Source: an uncultured delta proteobacterium
GTDB taxonomy: Bacteria > Myxococcota_A > Polyangia > Haliangiales > Haliangiaceae
Direction: 5' to 3'
DNA: 64,000 bases
Assembly: GCA_963848295.1 (NCBI GenBank)
Contig: CAWKDB010000002.1
Location: forward strand, 736,001-800,000
Shown: positions 7,957 through 18,072 of the stretch, piece by piece
Layout of the letters: the number at the start of each line of letters is the position of its first letter
Numbering within the stretch: the stretch's first letter is position 1
The notes under the pieces: generated by a model
What the model saw: only the letters and a program-made list of their open reading frames with translations
The model's database searches: none
What the model was told of the DNA's origin: nothing
Made by a program: the position numbers and the translations under genes

Positions 7957-10836
7957 CTAGCTGTACGCCTCGATCGGCGGGCACGCGCACACGAGGTTGC
8001 GATCGCCGTAGGCGTTGTCGACGCGCGCGACCGGCGGCCAGTACTTGTGGACGCGCAGCCACGGCGCGGTCGACGGAAACGCCGCCTGCTCGCGGGTGTA
8101 CGGGTGGTTCCATTCGGTCGCCGAGATCTCCGCGGCGGTGTGCGGCGCGTTCTTCAGCGGGTTGTTCGCGCGATCGATCTGGCCGTGCTCGATCGCGGCG
8201 ATCTCGTGGCGGATCGCGATCATCGCCTCGCAGAACCGGTCGAGCTCGGCCTTGCTCTCGCTCTCGGTCGGCTCCACCATCAGCGTGCCCGGCACCGGGA
8301 ACGACATCGTCGGCGCGTGGAACCCGTAGTCCATCAGCCGCTTCGCGATGTCCTCGACCTCGATCCCGGTCGCCTTCTTGAAGCCGCGGCAGTCGAGGAT
8401 CAGCTCGTGCGCGACTCGCCCGTTCTGCCCGGTGTACAGCACCGGATAGTGCGCGCCGAGGCGATGCGCGATGTAGTTCGCGCCGAGGATCGCGACCTGG
8501 GTCGCGCGCTTGAGCCCGCCCTCGCCCATCATCGCGATGTACGCGAACGAGATCGGCAGGATCGACGCCGAGCCCCACGGCGCCGCCGACACCGGACCGA
8601 CCGGCTGGGTGCTCGCCGCGGCGAGCGGATGGCCCGGCAGGTACGGCGCGAGGTGCTTGGCGACCGCGATCGGGCCCATGCCGGGACCGCCGCCGCCGTG
8701 GGGAATGCAGAACGTCTTGTGGAGGTTCAAATGACAGACATCCGCGCCGATCTCGCCCGGGCGGGTGAGCCCGACCTGCGCGTTCATGTTCGCGCCGTCC
8801 ATGTAGACCTGGCCGCCGTGGGTGTGGACGATCGCGCAGACCTCGCGGATGCCGTCTTCGAACACGCCGTGGGTCGACGGGTACGTCACCATCAACGCGC
8901 CCAGCTTGTCGCTGTTCGCTTCGGCTTTCGCGCGCAGGTCGTTCAGGTCGATCGTGCCGTCGGCCGCCGACGCGACGACGACGACCTGCATGCCGGCCAT
9001 CACCGCCGACGCCGGGTTCGTGCCGTGCGCGCTCTGCGGGATCAGGCACACCGTGCGATGCGGCTCCTTGCGCGCGACGTGGTACGCGCGGATCGCGAGC
9101 AGGCCGGCGTATTCGCCTTGCGCGCCCGAGTTCGGTTGCAGCGAGACCGCCGCAAAGCCGGTGATCTCGGCGAGCCACGCCTCGAGCTGATCGAACAGCG
9201 CGCGGTAGCCGCCCCATTGCGCCGCCGGCGCGAACGGATGGATCCGGCCGAGCGCGGGCCACGTCACCGGGATCATCTCGGTCGTGGCGTTGAGCTTCAT
9301 CGTGCACGAGCCGAGCGGGATCATCGAGGTCGTCAGCGACAGGTCCTTCGCCTGCAGCCGGTTGAGATAGCGCAGCATCTCGTGCTCGGCGTGATAGCGA
9401 TGGAACGTCGGATGGGTCAGGAACGGCGTCGTGCGTGCGAGCGCGGCGGGCAGCGCCGGCACATCGGTCGAGCGGATCAGATCCGCGAGCTCGAACGGCA
9501 GATCGGCGCCGGCGAACGCCTCGAGCAGGTCGTGGACGTCGGCGTGCCCGGTGGTCTCGTCGCACGAGACGCCGACACCGTCGTCGTAGCGGCGCAGGTT
9601 GATGCCGCGATCGACCGCGCGCGCGAGCACCTCGGCCTGGCGATGCGCATCCAGATCGACGCGTAACGTGTCGAAGTAGAGGCCAGCGCGGACCTTGAAG
9701 CCGAGCTTCGCGAGCCCGGCGGCGACGACCGAGGTGTAGCCGCGGGCGCGCTGCGCGATCTGCACGAGGCCCTCGGGGCCGTGATAGACCGCGTACATCG
9801 ACGCCATGATCGCGAGCAACACCTGCGCGGTGCAGATGTTCGACGTCGCCTTCTCGCGGCGGATGTGTTGCTCGCGGGTCTGCAGCGCGAGCCGAAGCGC
9901 GGGCTTGCCCTTGGCGTCGCGCGACACGCCGATGATCCGGCCCGGCATCTGCCGGCGGAAGTCGTCCTTCGCGGACAAGAACGCCGCGTGCGGACCGCCG
10001 AACCCGAGCGGCACGCCGAACCGTTGGGTCGAGCCGATCGCGATGTCGGCGCCTAGCTCGCCGGGCGGCACGAGCACGGTGAGCGCGAGCAGATCGGTCG
10101 CGACGCACGCCGCGGCGCCGGCGGCGTGGATCTTCTCGATCAACGCGCGGTAGTCGTGCACCGTACCGTCGGTCGTCGGGTACGACAGCAACACGCCCGC
10201 GACCTCGGGCGCGAGCCCCGCGGTGATCTGCTCGATCGATCCGACGCGCAGCTCGATGCCGAGCGGCTCGGCGCGCGTGCGCATCACCGCGATCGTCTGC
10301 GGATGGGTCTCGGCTTGGACCCAGAACGCGGTGCGGTTGTGATCCTCGGCGAAGCACATGTGCATCGCCTCGGCGGCCGCGGTCGCCTCGTCGAGCAGCG
10401 ACGCGTTCGCCATCGGCAGCGCGGTCAGATCCTCGATCATCGTCTGGAAGTTGATCAGCGCCTCGAGCCGGCCCTGCGAGATCTCGGCCTGATACGGCGT
10501 GTATTGCGTGTACCAGCCGGGGTTCTCGAGCACGTTGCGCAAGATCACCGCGGGGGTGATCGTGTCGTAGTAGCCCTGGCCGATGAACGACCGCAGCACC
10601 TGGTTGTCGGCGGCGAGGTTCTCGAGCTCTTCGATCAGCTCGCGCTCGCCGAGCGGCAACCGTTCGCCGAGCTGCAGCGGTTTCGCCAGCCGGATCGCGG
10701 CGGGCACGGTGGCATCGGCGAGCGCGTCGAGTGACGCGTAGCCGAGCGTGGTGAGCATGTCTTTGACCTCGGAGTCCGTCGGTGCGATGTGGCGCCGGGC
10801 GAACGTATCCGATGGGGCGAGCACGTCGGGTTGCAC
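7957..10836 (-). CDS. gcvP: Glycine dehydrogenase (decarboxylating), glycine cleavage P protein
   Basis: [50 protein letters not shown]; 959 aa. Confidence 0.98.
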   Translation of the reverse strand: MQPDVLAPSDTFARRHIAPTDSEVKDMLTTLGYASLDALADATVPAAIRLAKPLQLGERLPLGERELIEELENLAADNQVLRSFIGQGYYDTITPAVILRNVLENPGWYTQYTPYQAEISQGRLEALINFQTMIEDLTALPMANASLLDEATAAAEAMHMCFAEDHNRTAFWVQAETHPQTIAVMRTRAEPLGIELRVGSIEQITAGLAPEVAGVLLSYPTTDGTVHDYRALIEKIHAAGAAACVATDLLALTVLVPPGELGADIAIGSTQRFGVPLGFGGPHAAFLSAKDDFRRQMPGRIIGVSRDAKGKPALRLALQTREQHIRREKATSNICTAQVLLAIMASMYAVYHGPEGLVQIAQRARGYTSVVAAGLAKLGFKVRAGLYFDTLRVDLDAHRQAEVLARAVDRGINLRRYDDGVGVSCDETTGHADVHDLLEAFAGADLPFELADLIRSTDVPALPAALARTTPFLTHPTFHRYHAEHEMLRYLNRLQAKDLSLTTSMIPLGSCTMKLNATTEMIPVTWPALGRIHPFAPAAQWGGYRALFDQLEAWLAEITGFAAVSLQPNSGAQGEYAGLLAIRAYHVARKEPHRTVCLIPQSAHGTNPASAVMAGMQVVVVASAADGTIDLNDLRAKAEANSDKLGALMVTYPSTHGVFEDGIREVCAIVHTHGGQVYMDGANMNAQVGLTRPGEIGADVCHLNLHKTFCIPHGGGGPGMGPIAVAKHLAPYLPGHPLAAASTQPVGPVSAAPWGSASILPISFAYIAMMGEGGLKRATQVAILGANYIAHRLGAHYPVLYTGQNGRVAHELILDCRGFKKATGIEVEDIAKRLMDYGFHAPTMSFPVPGTLMVEPTESESKAELDRFCEAMIAIRHEIAAIEHGQIDRANNPLKNAPHTAAEISATEWNHPYTREQAAFPSTAPWLRVHKYWPPVARVDNAYGDRNLVCACPPIEAYS

Positions 10837-10927
10837 GCGCGGACCCTACCATGCGAGCCGCCCGACGTTGACGCTAGGCCGCTACGCGGCACAAGGAGGA
10901 TCCCCAAGCGCTTCGCGCTTGACCCTC

Positions 10928-12640
10928 CTAGTAGATCACGCCGAGCGACAGATACCCCCCGTAGTACTTGTCGGTCGCGCCGCCGACGTCTTTCATCGTC
11001 GGGTCGCCGGTCCCACCGTTCGACAACGCGCCGGTCCCCTTGAACGCCATCCCGACCTGCGTGTACTGGCCGGCGAGCCGGACCGCGAACCGCTTCATGA
11101 ACGTGATGTCCAAGCCGAGGTAGCCGTCGATCGCGGTCACAGTCGTCTGACCGTATTGGTCGGGGTCCTGGATCGGGCCGGCGGAGCGCGCGAGCCACGT
11201 CTTGACGCCGACGACGAGCGCGATCGGGCGCGCGAACGGGATGCGAGCGTCGAGCGCCGGGTAGAAGTACTTGTAGTTGACGTCCGGGAGGTTCAGCGTC
11301 TCGCCGGTCATCAGCTTCGACCGGTCCGAAGCGAACTCGCGGCTGCCGTAGCCGAGGCCGAGCTGGATGGATGGGCTCGTCACCTTCGGACCGAGCACGT
11401 AGCGGTACACGAGCGCGATCGCGTAGTCGTGCTGCGTGACCGGCAGCAGCGAGGTCGAGCCGGCGGACGGTCGGAGCTTCAAGCCGACGGTGTCGTCGAA
11501 CTCCCCGGCGATGCCGATGCCCGCGGCCGCGCCCTTGCGGTTGCTGAACGCGAGCGGGAACACCTCGCCGGTCACCATCGCGCCGGCGTTCGGAGAGTTC
11601 TTGTACGGCTCGGGCATGTCGACCGCGGTCGGGCTCGCGTTGTAGGTCAAGTGACGAGCGAGCATCGACAGGCCGACGTCGAGCCGCGCGGCATCGCGGT
11701 TCGCGGGGTGCGCGACCGCCGCGCCATCGCCGACATCGACGTGTGCGGAGACATCGCCGCCGCCGGAGTCGTCGTCGCCCTCCGCGACCTTCTTGTGGTG
11801 CGCCTTGGCGTCGTCGTCGCTCTTCTTCTTCGAGTGGTCGTCGTCGCCCGAATCGTCGTCGCCGCCCTTCTTCTTGTCGTCTCCGTCGCCCTTGTCGGCC
11901 TTCGCGTCGTCGTCGTCGGTCAGCCGCTTCTTTTTCTTCTTGTCGGCCTTCGCGTCGCTGTCGTCATCGCCGCTGTCATCATCCGCGGACTTCTTGCCCT
12001 TCTTCTTTTTCGAGGCGTCGTCGTCGCCGTTGTCGTCGTCCGCCGACTTCCTGCCCTTCTTCTTGTCCGCCTTCGCGACCTTCTTCGACCCGTCGTCGTC
12101 GGCATTGTCGTCGTCCGCCGACTTCTTGCCCTTCTTCTTGTCCGCCTTCGCGTCCTTGTCGTCCTTCTTCGCCGAGTCGTCGTCGGCGTCGGATGACGAG
12201 ACCCCGAGCTTCTCGACGATCTTGTCGTGGATCGCGACCTTGAGCTTCGCGTTCCTCGCGCTCGCGAACTCGATCTTGAAACCCTTGAGCTTCTTGCCGT
12301 GCGCGAACAGCTTGATGTGGAGGACGTGGTCCTCGCCTTTCGGCGACACGACGCGGCCCTGGATCACGGCATCGGCCTCGAGATCGGACGACAGCTTCTT
12401 TAGATCCCGGAGCGAGAGCTCGCCATCCGCGCCGATCTTGTCGACCGCGCGATGGACTTCCTTCGCGCTGATGAACGTCAGCTCGGAACCGAGCGCGTGG
12501 ACGATGAGCTCGTGAATGGCACCGTTGTCATCTCCGTCGAGCTCGAGGAATGCCACTCGCGGTGGCTTGGCCTGCGCGGCGCTGGGGATGATCACCAACG
12601 CGCACAGAACTGCGATCGCGATCGCTACAGTTCGGCCCAT
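10928..12640 (-). CDS. Secreted or outer-membrane protein with Asp/Lys low-complexity linker and probable C-terminal beta-barrel
   Basis: Signal peptide; repeated KADKKKGKKSADDD blocks; amphipathic beta strands ending YLSLGVIY. Confidence 0.65.
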   Translation of the reverse strand: MGRTVAIAIAVLCALVIIPSAAQAKPPRVAFLELDGDDNGAIHELIVHALGSELTFISAKEVHRAVDKIGADGELSLRDLKKLSSDLEADAVIQGRVVSPKGEDHVLHIKLFAHGKKLKGFKIEFASARNAKLKVAIHDKIVEKLGVSSSDADDDSAKKDDKDAKADKKKGKKSADDDNADDDGSKKVAKADKKKGRKSADDDNGDDDASKKKKGKKSADDDSGDDDSDAKADKKKKKRLTDDDDAKADKGDGDDKKKGGDDDSGDDDHSKKKSDDDAKAHHKKVAEGDDDSGGGDVSAHVDVGDGAAVAHPANRDAARLDVGLSMLARHLTYNASPTAVDMPEPYKNSPNAGAMVTGEVFPLAFSNRKGAAAGIGIAGEFDDTVGLKLRPSAGSTSLLPVTQHDYAIALVYRYVLGPKVTSPSIQLGLGYGSREFASDRSKLMTGETLNLPDVNYKYFYPALDARIPFARPIALVVGVKTWLARSAGPIQDPDQYGQTTVTAIDGYLGLDITFMKRFAVRLAGQYTQVGMAFKGTGALSNGGTGDPTMKDVGGATDKYYGGYLSLGVIY

Positions 12641-12670
12641 CCCCTGTAAGTATACACGACGATCACAAAG

Positions 12671-13990
12671 CTACAGGTCGAACAGGTAGAAGTAGGCTCG
12701 CAGGTTTGCATTGGCCAGCGGCTTCTTGATTCGCGGCCGGCCGAGCACGCGCGCGAATGCGGCCTCGAGCAGCGGATTGCCCACGAGAAATCCTGCGCGC
12801 CAGCCGACAAATCGCCGGCACGTGACGGCCAACGCCTCGTAGATCGGCTCGACCTCCGTGTCGTCGAGGCGCTCGCCGTACGGCGGGTTCGACAGGATGA
12901 GGCCGGTGGTCGGCGCCGCGCGTCCGCGCTCCGCCGCGATCTGGTCGATCATCTTCGGCGTGAGCTGCGCGACGTCACCGCGTTGCCACGTCACCGCATC
13001 GGCGACGCCGGCCGAGCGCGAGTTGTCACGTGCCGCGGCGAGCGCATCGAGATCGAGATCGCAGCCAACGACGAGCGGTGCAGCATCGGGATAGAGCGGC
13101 GCGGGTTTGGCTGCGCTCGCGTAACCGAGCGCGTGCGGCGGTGGCCATGGCCGAGGCGGCGCTTTCGCAGCGAGCACCGCCTCGATCGCGATCGTGCCGG
13201 CACCGCACATCGGATCGACGAGCGCGTCCTTGCGCGGGTCGAAGCGCGCGAGCATGAGCAACACCGCCGCGAGATGCTCGCGCAACGGCGCCGGGCCGGC
13301 CTCGCCGCGCCAGCCGCGTTGCGACAGCGAGCCGCCGCCGAGGTCAAGCGAGATCACGAGCTCGTTGTGGGCGTCGCCGCCGCTGCCGCCCGAGGGCGTG
13401 CCTCGGCCGTCGATCGAACCGCGCCGCCCTTCGGCGCCGCTGCCGCCCGAGGGCGTGCCTCGGCCGTCGATCGAACCGCGCCGCCCTTCGGCGCCGCTGC
13501 CGCCCGAGGGCGTGCCTCGGCCGTCGAACCGGGCGACCCAGCGCGACGCCGGGCGATGCGGATCGACCTTGAGCCGAATGCCCTTGCGCGCGGCCGCGTC
13601 GATCATCGCGTTCTTGACCGTGCCGACGACCTGGCGCTCGCCGGCCTCGAACTGCTCGACGTGGCGCGCCTCGACCGAGATGCCATCGCCATCGCGCCAC
13701 AGCGCGCGCGTGTCGCCGGCAATATCGGCGTACAGCTCGTCGTACAGCGGCTCGAGCCGGCGCGCGCGCGTGCGATAGACGTCCCACACGACTCGGGTCG
13801 GCGTGCGCAGGTACGTGACCGCGGCCCATGCGAGCTCGCGATCGAATGGATAGACGAGCTGACCGAGCCCTTCTTTGCGCGGCTCGGGGGGGCGGCGATG
13901 AAGCGCGCGCTGCGCGACGCGGACGAACTCGGCAGCCATCACGACGTTAGTCTGCGTCGAGCCGATGATGCGAAGCTCGTCGCAGATCAC
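12671..13990 (-). CDS. THUMP-domain class I SAM RNA methyltransferase (RlmL-like) with in-frame repeat insertion
   Basis: GGSLSQRGWR, APLREHLAA, DPMCGAGTIAIE, NPPYGER; GTG start overlaps the upstream stop (GTGA). Confidence 0.85.
   Translation of the reverse strand: MICDELRIIGSTQTNVVMAAEFVRVAQRALHRRPPEPRKEGLGQLVYPFDRELAWAAVTYLRTPTRVVWDVYRTRARRLEPLYDELYADIAGDTRALWRDGDGISVEARHVEQFEAGERQVVGTVKNAMIDAAARKGIRLKVDPHRPASRWVARFDGRGTPSGGSGAEGRRGSIDGRGTPSGGSGAEGRRGSIDGRGTPSGGSGGDAHNELVISLDLGGGSLSQRGWRGEAGPAPLREHLAAVLLMLARFDPRKDALVDPMCGAGTIAIEAVLAAKAPPRPWPPPHALGYASAAKPAPLYPDAAPLVVGCDLDLDALAAARDNSRSAGVADAVTWQRGDVAQLTPKMIDQIAAERGRAAPTTGLILSNPPYGERLDDTEVEPIYEALAVTCRRFVGWRAGFLVGNPLLEAAFARVLGRPRIKKPLANANLRAYFYLFDL
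13379..13527 (-). repeat. 57-bp tandem repeat (about 2.6 copies), in frame
   Basis: Units start at 13379, 13436 and 13493 and encode GRGTPSGGSGAEGRRGSID. Confidence 0.95.
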
Positions 13991-14916
13991 GGCGGGCCGT
14001 TGAGCGCCGCGAGCAGGCCCGCGTCGGCAAAGAACCTCTTGTGCAAGTAGTAGCCGCGCTGGTCGGTGCCGGCCGGGCCCTTCGGCCGAACGTGCAAGTA
14101 ACGGCGAGTCCAGCGCGCCACCGCATCGTCCCAGTCGAGCAGGTACCAGGCGACGAGCGTCGCGTCGTCGCCGGTCGTCGTGCGGGCGAGCCACAACGTG
14201 CGTTGCAACTTCGCGAGCGCGGCTCCTTCGCCGACCATCGCGATCGCGGGATCCTCGACGATCCGCCAGTGACCGCTCGGCTCGCGCGCGACCGCGACCG
14301 TCTTGAGCTCGACATCGCCGCGCCAATCGGGCTCGCCGCGGCCGCGCTCGCGCACGCCGAGCAACCGCGCCGCGCGACTGCCCCACGCGCCCTTGTCGCT
14401 GCCACGCGGGCCGAGTCGAACGCCGAGCGCGCGATCGGCCGCGGCGAGCAGCTCGTCGAGTGTCTCCGGCTCGTCGGTCGGCGGCCGTGGTGATCGCGCG
14501 GCGGGCACGGGCCGCGGCCACGCTTCGGCCGGCGGATGGGCGCCGCGAGCCGGGCCTTGGACGACGAGATGACCGCCGAGCACGATCGGCCGCGGCTGCA
14601 CGGCCGCGGCGATTTCAGCACCGCCGGCTTCGAGCGCGGCGCCCTTGTGCCACAGCGCGAGCCGGAGCTCGGGTGATCGGCCGCGCGGCACGCCGAGTGC
14701 GTGCCCGACCGCGGCGAGCTCGCCAAGGGTCATCGCGTTGAGCAGGCCGCATAGATCGCCGCCCCAGCGAGCGCCGACGAGAGCCGTCGCTTCGTCGACA
14801 TCGAGTCGCCGCCGGGTCGCCGGCTCGAACGAATCGAACCGCAGCACGCGCACCGCGGCGAGCCGACGGACCGCCGCGGCCGGCAACCGCGCGACGAAGC
14901 GATCCACCGCGTTCAT
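13987..14916 (-). CDS. MutH/Sau3AI-like PD-(D/E)xK endonuclease-fold protein
   Basis: DKGAWG...LLG, EPDW.G.VELKTVAV, KLQRTLW, LHVRPKG, RGYYLHKRF parallel the MutH motifs DKG.IG, DF..GVELKTIP, KL.RVLW, LQIRPK, RGFYL.K.F. Confidence 0.7.
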   Translation of the reverse strand: MNAVDRFVARLPAAAVRRLAAVRVLRFDSFEPATRRRLDVDEATALVGARWGGDLCGLLNAMTLGELAAVGHALGVPRGRSPELRLALWHKGAALEAGGAEIAAAVQPRPIVLGGHLVVQGPARGAHPPAEAWPRPVPAARSPRPPTDEPETLDELLAAADRALGVRLGPRGSDKGAWGSRAARLLGVRERGRGEPDWRGDVELKTVAVAREPSGHWRIVEDPAIAMVGEGAALAKLQRTLWLARTTTGDDATLVAWYLLDWDDAVARWTRRYLHVRPKGPAGTDQRGYYLHKRFFADAGLLAALNGPP

Positions 14917-14938
14917 TCCGCCGACCCTAGACGATCCG

Positions 14939-15042
14939 GGGGACGCTGTCGCTTTTGTCAACTTGCTCGCGACCGCGTCCATGCGAGTGCTTGGTGATCG
15001 TTCATGATTCGTGGGGACGCTGTCGCTTTTGTCAACTTGCTC
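14939..15042 (+). repeat. Repeat doublet 1 (two identical 30-bp copies, period 74)
   Basis: GGGGACGCTGTCGCTTTTGTCAACTTGCTC at 14939-14968 and 15013-15042. Confidence 0.95.
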
Positions 15043-15056
15043 CGGTAGCGTCAGGT

Positions 15057-15542
15057 ATGCGCGGGGTGCTCGTTGCGATGGCGCTGTCGGCATGCGCGCC
15101 GACGGTCGATGGCCCGGCCGAGCACCAACGCGCGCTCGATCGCGACGATGCGGCAGCCCTCTCGAGCCAGCTCGCGGCATTGCCGGGCGCCGTCCGGGCC
15201 GAGGTCACGTTGCATCGAGCGGTGCGCGATCCGCTCGCGAACGAGCCGCCGTCGCCGGCGGGCGCCGCCGCGGTCGTCATCGTCGACGACCAAGCCGATC
15301 GCGCCGCGGTACGCGATTCGGCATTGCGGCTGGTCCACGCTGCGGTGCCCGAGGTCCCCGCGCCGTCGATCGCGATCGAGCTCGGCGCGACTCGGCCAGA
15401 GCTCGCATCGATCGGGCCGTTCACCGTCGCCGCCTCCTCGAAGCGCGGGCTCGTCGCGGCCCTCGCGATCGCGCTCGCCGTGATCGCTGCGCTCGCCGGT
15501 TTCATCGCGTTCCGCGAACGCCCTCGCTTTGGCGCAAGTTGA
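15057..15542 (+). CDS. Lipoprotein with YscJ/FliF-like ring-building motif and C-terminal TM helix
   Basis: Lipobox LSAC; LSSQLAALPGAVRAEVTL...AAAVVIV...LVHAAVPEV pattern; hydrophobic C-terminus. Confidence 0.6.
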   Translation: MRGVLVAMALSACAPTVDGPAEHQRALDRDDAAALSSQLAALPGAVRAEVTLHRAVRDPLANEPPSPAGAAAVVIVDDQADRAAVRDSALRLVHAAVPEVPAPSIAIELGATRPELASIGPFTVAASSKRGLVAALAIALAVIAALAGFIAFRERPRFGAS

Positions 15543-15636
15543 CAAAAGCGACAGCGTCACCATTGCTTCTCGTCGGATATCGCGGCCTTGCGCTCATCGC
15601 GAAAAAGCGTAAGTTGACAAAAGCGACAGCGTCACC
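15536..15636 (-). repeat. Repeat doublet 2 (two identical 26-bp copies, period 75), inverted relative to doublet 1
   Basis: AAGTTGACAAAAGCGACAGCGTCACC at 15536-15561 and 15611-15636. Confidence 0.95.
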
Positions 15637-16696
15637 TTCGCGGGAAGACGGCCCAGAAGTCGAGTTCTAGGACGATGCGCGGCTCTTTCGCTCCGGTGTG
15701 CAGCGGCTGGATCGACGCTAGCTCGGCGGCTGGAACGTTCCGAACGGCCGACAGCCGCAGGCGCAGCGCGCCGACGTCGGCGCGGGTCGGTAGCTCGGCC
15801 TTCGATACGACTTCGCTGAATGCGCGCAGGGTGTCGCCCGCGAAGGTCGGCGCGACGTGAGCGCCACTGTTCCATGCCGCGAGCCGGAGCAGCGCGCCGA
15901 GACCGTTCTGCGCGAGCGCACTCGCGACGCTGATGACGTGGCCGCCGTAGACGATGCGCTTGCCGTTGCGCGAGCTCGCCGCAGCGATCGCGTCGAAATG
16001 GACTTGCGCGGTGTTGTGGTACAGCCGCGTCGCCTGGACGTGATCGGCTTCTTCGATCGTCATCGCGTCGGGATGATCGAGCCGGTCGCCCTCGTCGAAG
16101 TCGTCCCACCATCCACCCGGCGGAAACGCCCACGCGAGGTCGGGCAACCGCTGCAGGTTCATCGCCTCCGGCACCGGCAGTCGATCGACGGTCACGACCG
16201 GCGGGAGCGTCGGGGTCTGGTCGATGCCGACCGCGGCGGTCTTGTCACGCTTCGGCACCATGACCCAGCGCACGAAGGACAGGACCTCCTGACCCTTCTG
16301 GTTGGTCCCGCGCGTGCGCACGTAGACCACACCGGCTTCGCCGCTCGAGACTTCGCGCAGCCCGATAATTTCGCTCTCGGCGACGAGCGTGTCGCCGGGA
16401 TAGACCGGCCGCAGGAACCGCACGTCGGCGTAGCCGAGGTTCGCGGTCGCGTGGTGCGAGATGTCCGGCACCGAGCGGCCGAACACGATGTGGAACACGA
16501 ACAGATCCGGCATCACCTCGCGCACGAATCCGAGCGAGCGCGCGAGCTCGGTCGACGCCGCGAGCGGATGGCGATCACCGGTGAGCGAGAAGTAGGTCGA
16601 CAGATCGCCGCCGTGCAGCGTGCGCGGCACCGCGTGGACGAGGTACTGCCCGATCGAGAAGTCCTCGAAGTACCGACCGCTGAAAACCTTCGTCAT
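15632..16696 (-). CDS. mch: Mesaconyl-CoA hydratase-like double hot-dog (MaoC) dehydratase
   Basis: GRYFEDF..GQ...HAVPRT, FHIVFGRSVPDIS..A.ANLGYA, PVYPGDTL, YHNTAQVHFD, VYGGHVIS. Confidence 0.8.
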   Translation of the reverse strand: MTKVFSGRYFEDFSIGQYLVHAVPRTLHGGDLSTYFSLTGDRHPLAASTELARSLGFVREVMPDLFVFHIVFGRSVPDISHHATANLGYADVRFLRPVYPGDTLVAESEIIGLREVSSGEAGVVYVRTRGTNQKGQEVLSFVRWVMVPKRDKTAAVGIDQTPTLPPVVTVDRLPVPEAMNLQRLPDLAWAFPPGGWWDDFDEGDRLDHPDAMTIEEADHVQATRLYHNTAQVHFDAIAAASSRNGKRIVYGGHVISVASALAQNGLGALLRLAAWNSGAHVAPTFAGDTLRAFSEVVSKAELPTRADVGALRLRLSAVRNVPAAELASIQPLHTGAKEPRIVLELDFWAVFPRR

Positions 16697-16762
16697 GGCG
16701 AACGGTCGGCGACACTACCCGGAGAAGATCCCCGAGACAAGTGCGCTCGGCGATGCGCCTCG

Positions 16763-18064
16763 CTACTCGGTCAGCAGGTAGGAGTAGTTGAACGACTGCG
16801 GTCCGCCGTCCCACGGCGGGAACGACGCGCCCTTGACCGCGTTCTGCACGCAGTTGCCTTCGGGCTTGCCCGCGAACGCGCCGGTGACCGCCGCGCGCGC
16901 GACCTTCCCCGACGGCGAGATCGTGAGCTTCACGCTGACCGTGCCTTGCGTGCCCTTGTAGCAAGCCTGCGCCTTCGCGGCGACGCCCGCCATCCCGCCC
17001 TTGAAGTCGTCGCCCGACAGCATCTTGTTGGCCGGCTTGGTCGCCTCGACCTGCTTCGGCCGGTTCGCGGCCTGCGTCAACAGCTCTTCGATCTCGTCCT
17101 TCGGCTTCTTCGCATCGGCATCGGCGGGTGGCGTCGCCGGAGCCGCGACCGCTGCGCCGCCAGTCGGCGCTGCCGAGGTCTTGTCGCCCTTCGGTGCGAC
17201 CTTGCCGACCGTGGCCTTCGCGTGCGCGCGACCGGGCGACGCGTGCGCGGTGCGCGGTGGTGGCGTGATAGTCGCGACCTCGGTCTCCGCCACCGGCGTG
17301 GCGTCCGCGCCTGCAGCGGCGGAACCCGAGCCTGCCGCTGCGCCGCTGGCCGGTTGCTCGGGCGCGATCGGTTCGACGCGCGGAGCCGCGGCACTGCCGG
17401 CGGCGGCGGGAGGAGCCATGGGCGTTGGCGCGGCCTCGTTCACGATGGTCGTGGTCGAGGTCGCGACGTCCTGCGTTGCGGGCTGGCGCGTCGCGAAGAA
17501 GATCACCGCACCCGCGGCGACCGCGAGCCCGCTGCCGACCACGGCGATCATGGCGCGGTTGCCGCGGCGCGCCTTGACGACCGGACGCGTACCTTGGGCG
17601 CTCGGCTTCGGCGCCGCGACCGGCGCGGGCGCAATGACGCCGCGCTCTTTCGCGAGCACCTCGCGCTTCGACGGCAGTTGATCGAGCGCCGGCAACGACA
17701 CCATCTGCGCGGGCTCGGGAAGCGCGACCGCTTTCCAACCGGCCGACGTCGATGCCAGGATATCTTCGTCGGTCTTGTTCGCCGGCTGGGCCGTGATCCG
17801 GCGGGATGACATCCGCACCTTCGTCGACTGGGCGAGGCTGCGCAGATCGTGCAACCCGGAGTCGTCATCGCGCAGTGGCGCCGCGGACGCGATCGCGCCG
17901 CTCGACTCTTTAACCGTGCCCTTACCCGACGATGCGGTGGTCTCCATGCTGGTCTCCAGACGCGAAAGCGTCCTTTGCGGAAGGGCATCGAAATACCCTG
18001 ACGGCGCCTCACCGTCCAGGGTTTTCAGCGCTCGGCGCAGCAGGTCGTCTAGGTCGTCTGACAT
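16763..18064 (-). CDS. Probable anti-sigma factor: single TM, Pro/Ala linker, TonB-C/AgmX-like C-terminal domain
   Basis: Directly downstream of the ECF sigma gene; P.GYFDALP.R N-terminus; C-terminus with ACY, G.V.VKLTI.P.GKV, CV..AVKGASFP. Confidence 0.65.
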   Translation of the reverse strand: MSDDLDDLLRRALKTLDGEAPSGYFDALPQRTLSRLETSMETTASSGKGTVKESSGAIASAAPLRDDDSGLHDLRSLAQSTKVRMSSRRITAQPANKTDEDILASTSAGWKAVALPEPAQMVSLPALDQLPSKREVLAKERGVIAPAPVAAPKPSAQGTRPVVKARRGNRAMIAVVGSGLAVAAGAVIFFATRQPATQDVATSTTTIVNEAAPTPMAPPAAAGSAAAPRVEPIAPEQPASGAAAGSGSAAAGADATPVAETEVATITPPPRTAHASPGRAHAKATVGKVAPKGDKTSAAPTGGAAVAAPATPPADADAKKPKDEIEELLTQAANRPKQVEATKPANKMLSGDDFKGGMAGVAAKAQACYKGTQGTVSVKLTISPSGKVARAAVTGAFAGKPEGNCVQNAVKGASFPPWDGGPQSFNYSYLLTE

Positions 18065-18072
18065 GGCAGAAT

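Noticed and set aside
6733..10852. Very long Arg/Ala-rich alternative-frame ORFs (e.g. 6733-9666, 7463-10852; also 18957-22040, 56383-58479)
   Set aside because: Shadow ORFs expected in high-GC DNA, overlapping well-supported genes and lacking motifs.
10837..10927. Glycine riboswitch upstream of gcvP
   Set aside because: The 91-bp gap holds a hairpin but lacks the GGAGA/CCGAAG/CTCTCAGG aptamer motifs.
11760..12200. Asp/Lys-coding tandem repeats as a separate element
   Set aside because: Explained as a low-complexity linker within the 10928-12640 protein.
15057..15542. Type III secretion or flagellar locus
   Set aside because: Only one short YscJ/FliF-like gene; no other components are in the window.
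14939..15636. CRISPR array interpretation of the repeat doublets
   Set aside because: Only two repeats per locus, long spacers, scattered positions and no cas genes in the window; kept as an unexplained repeat family.
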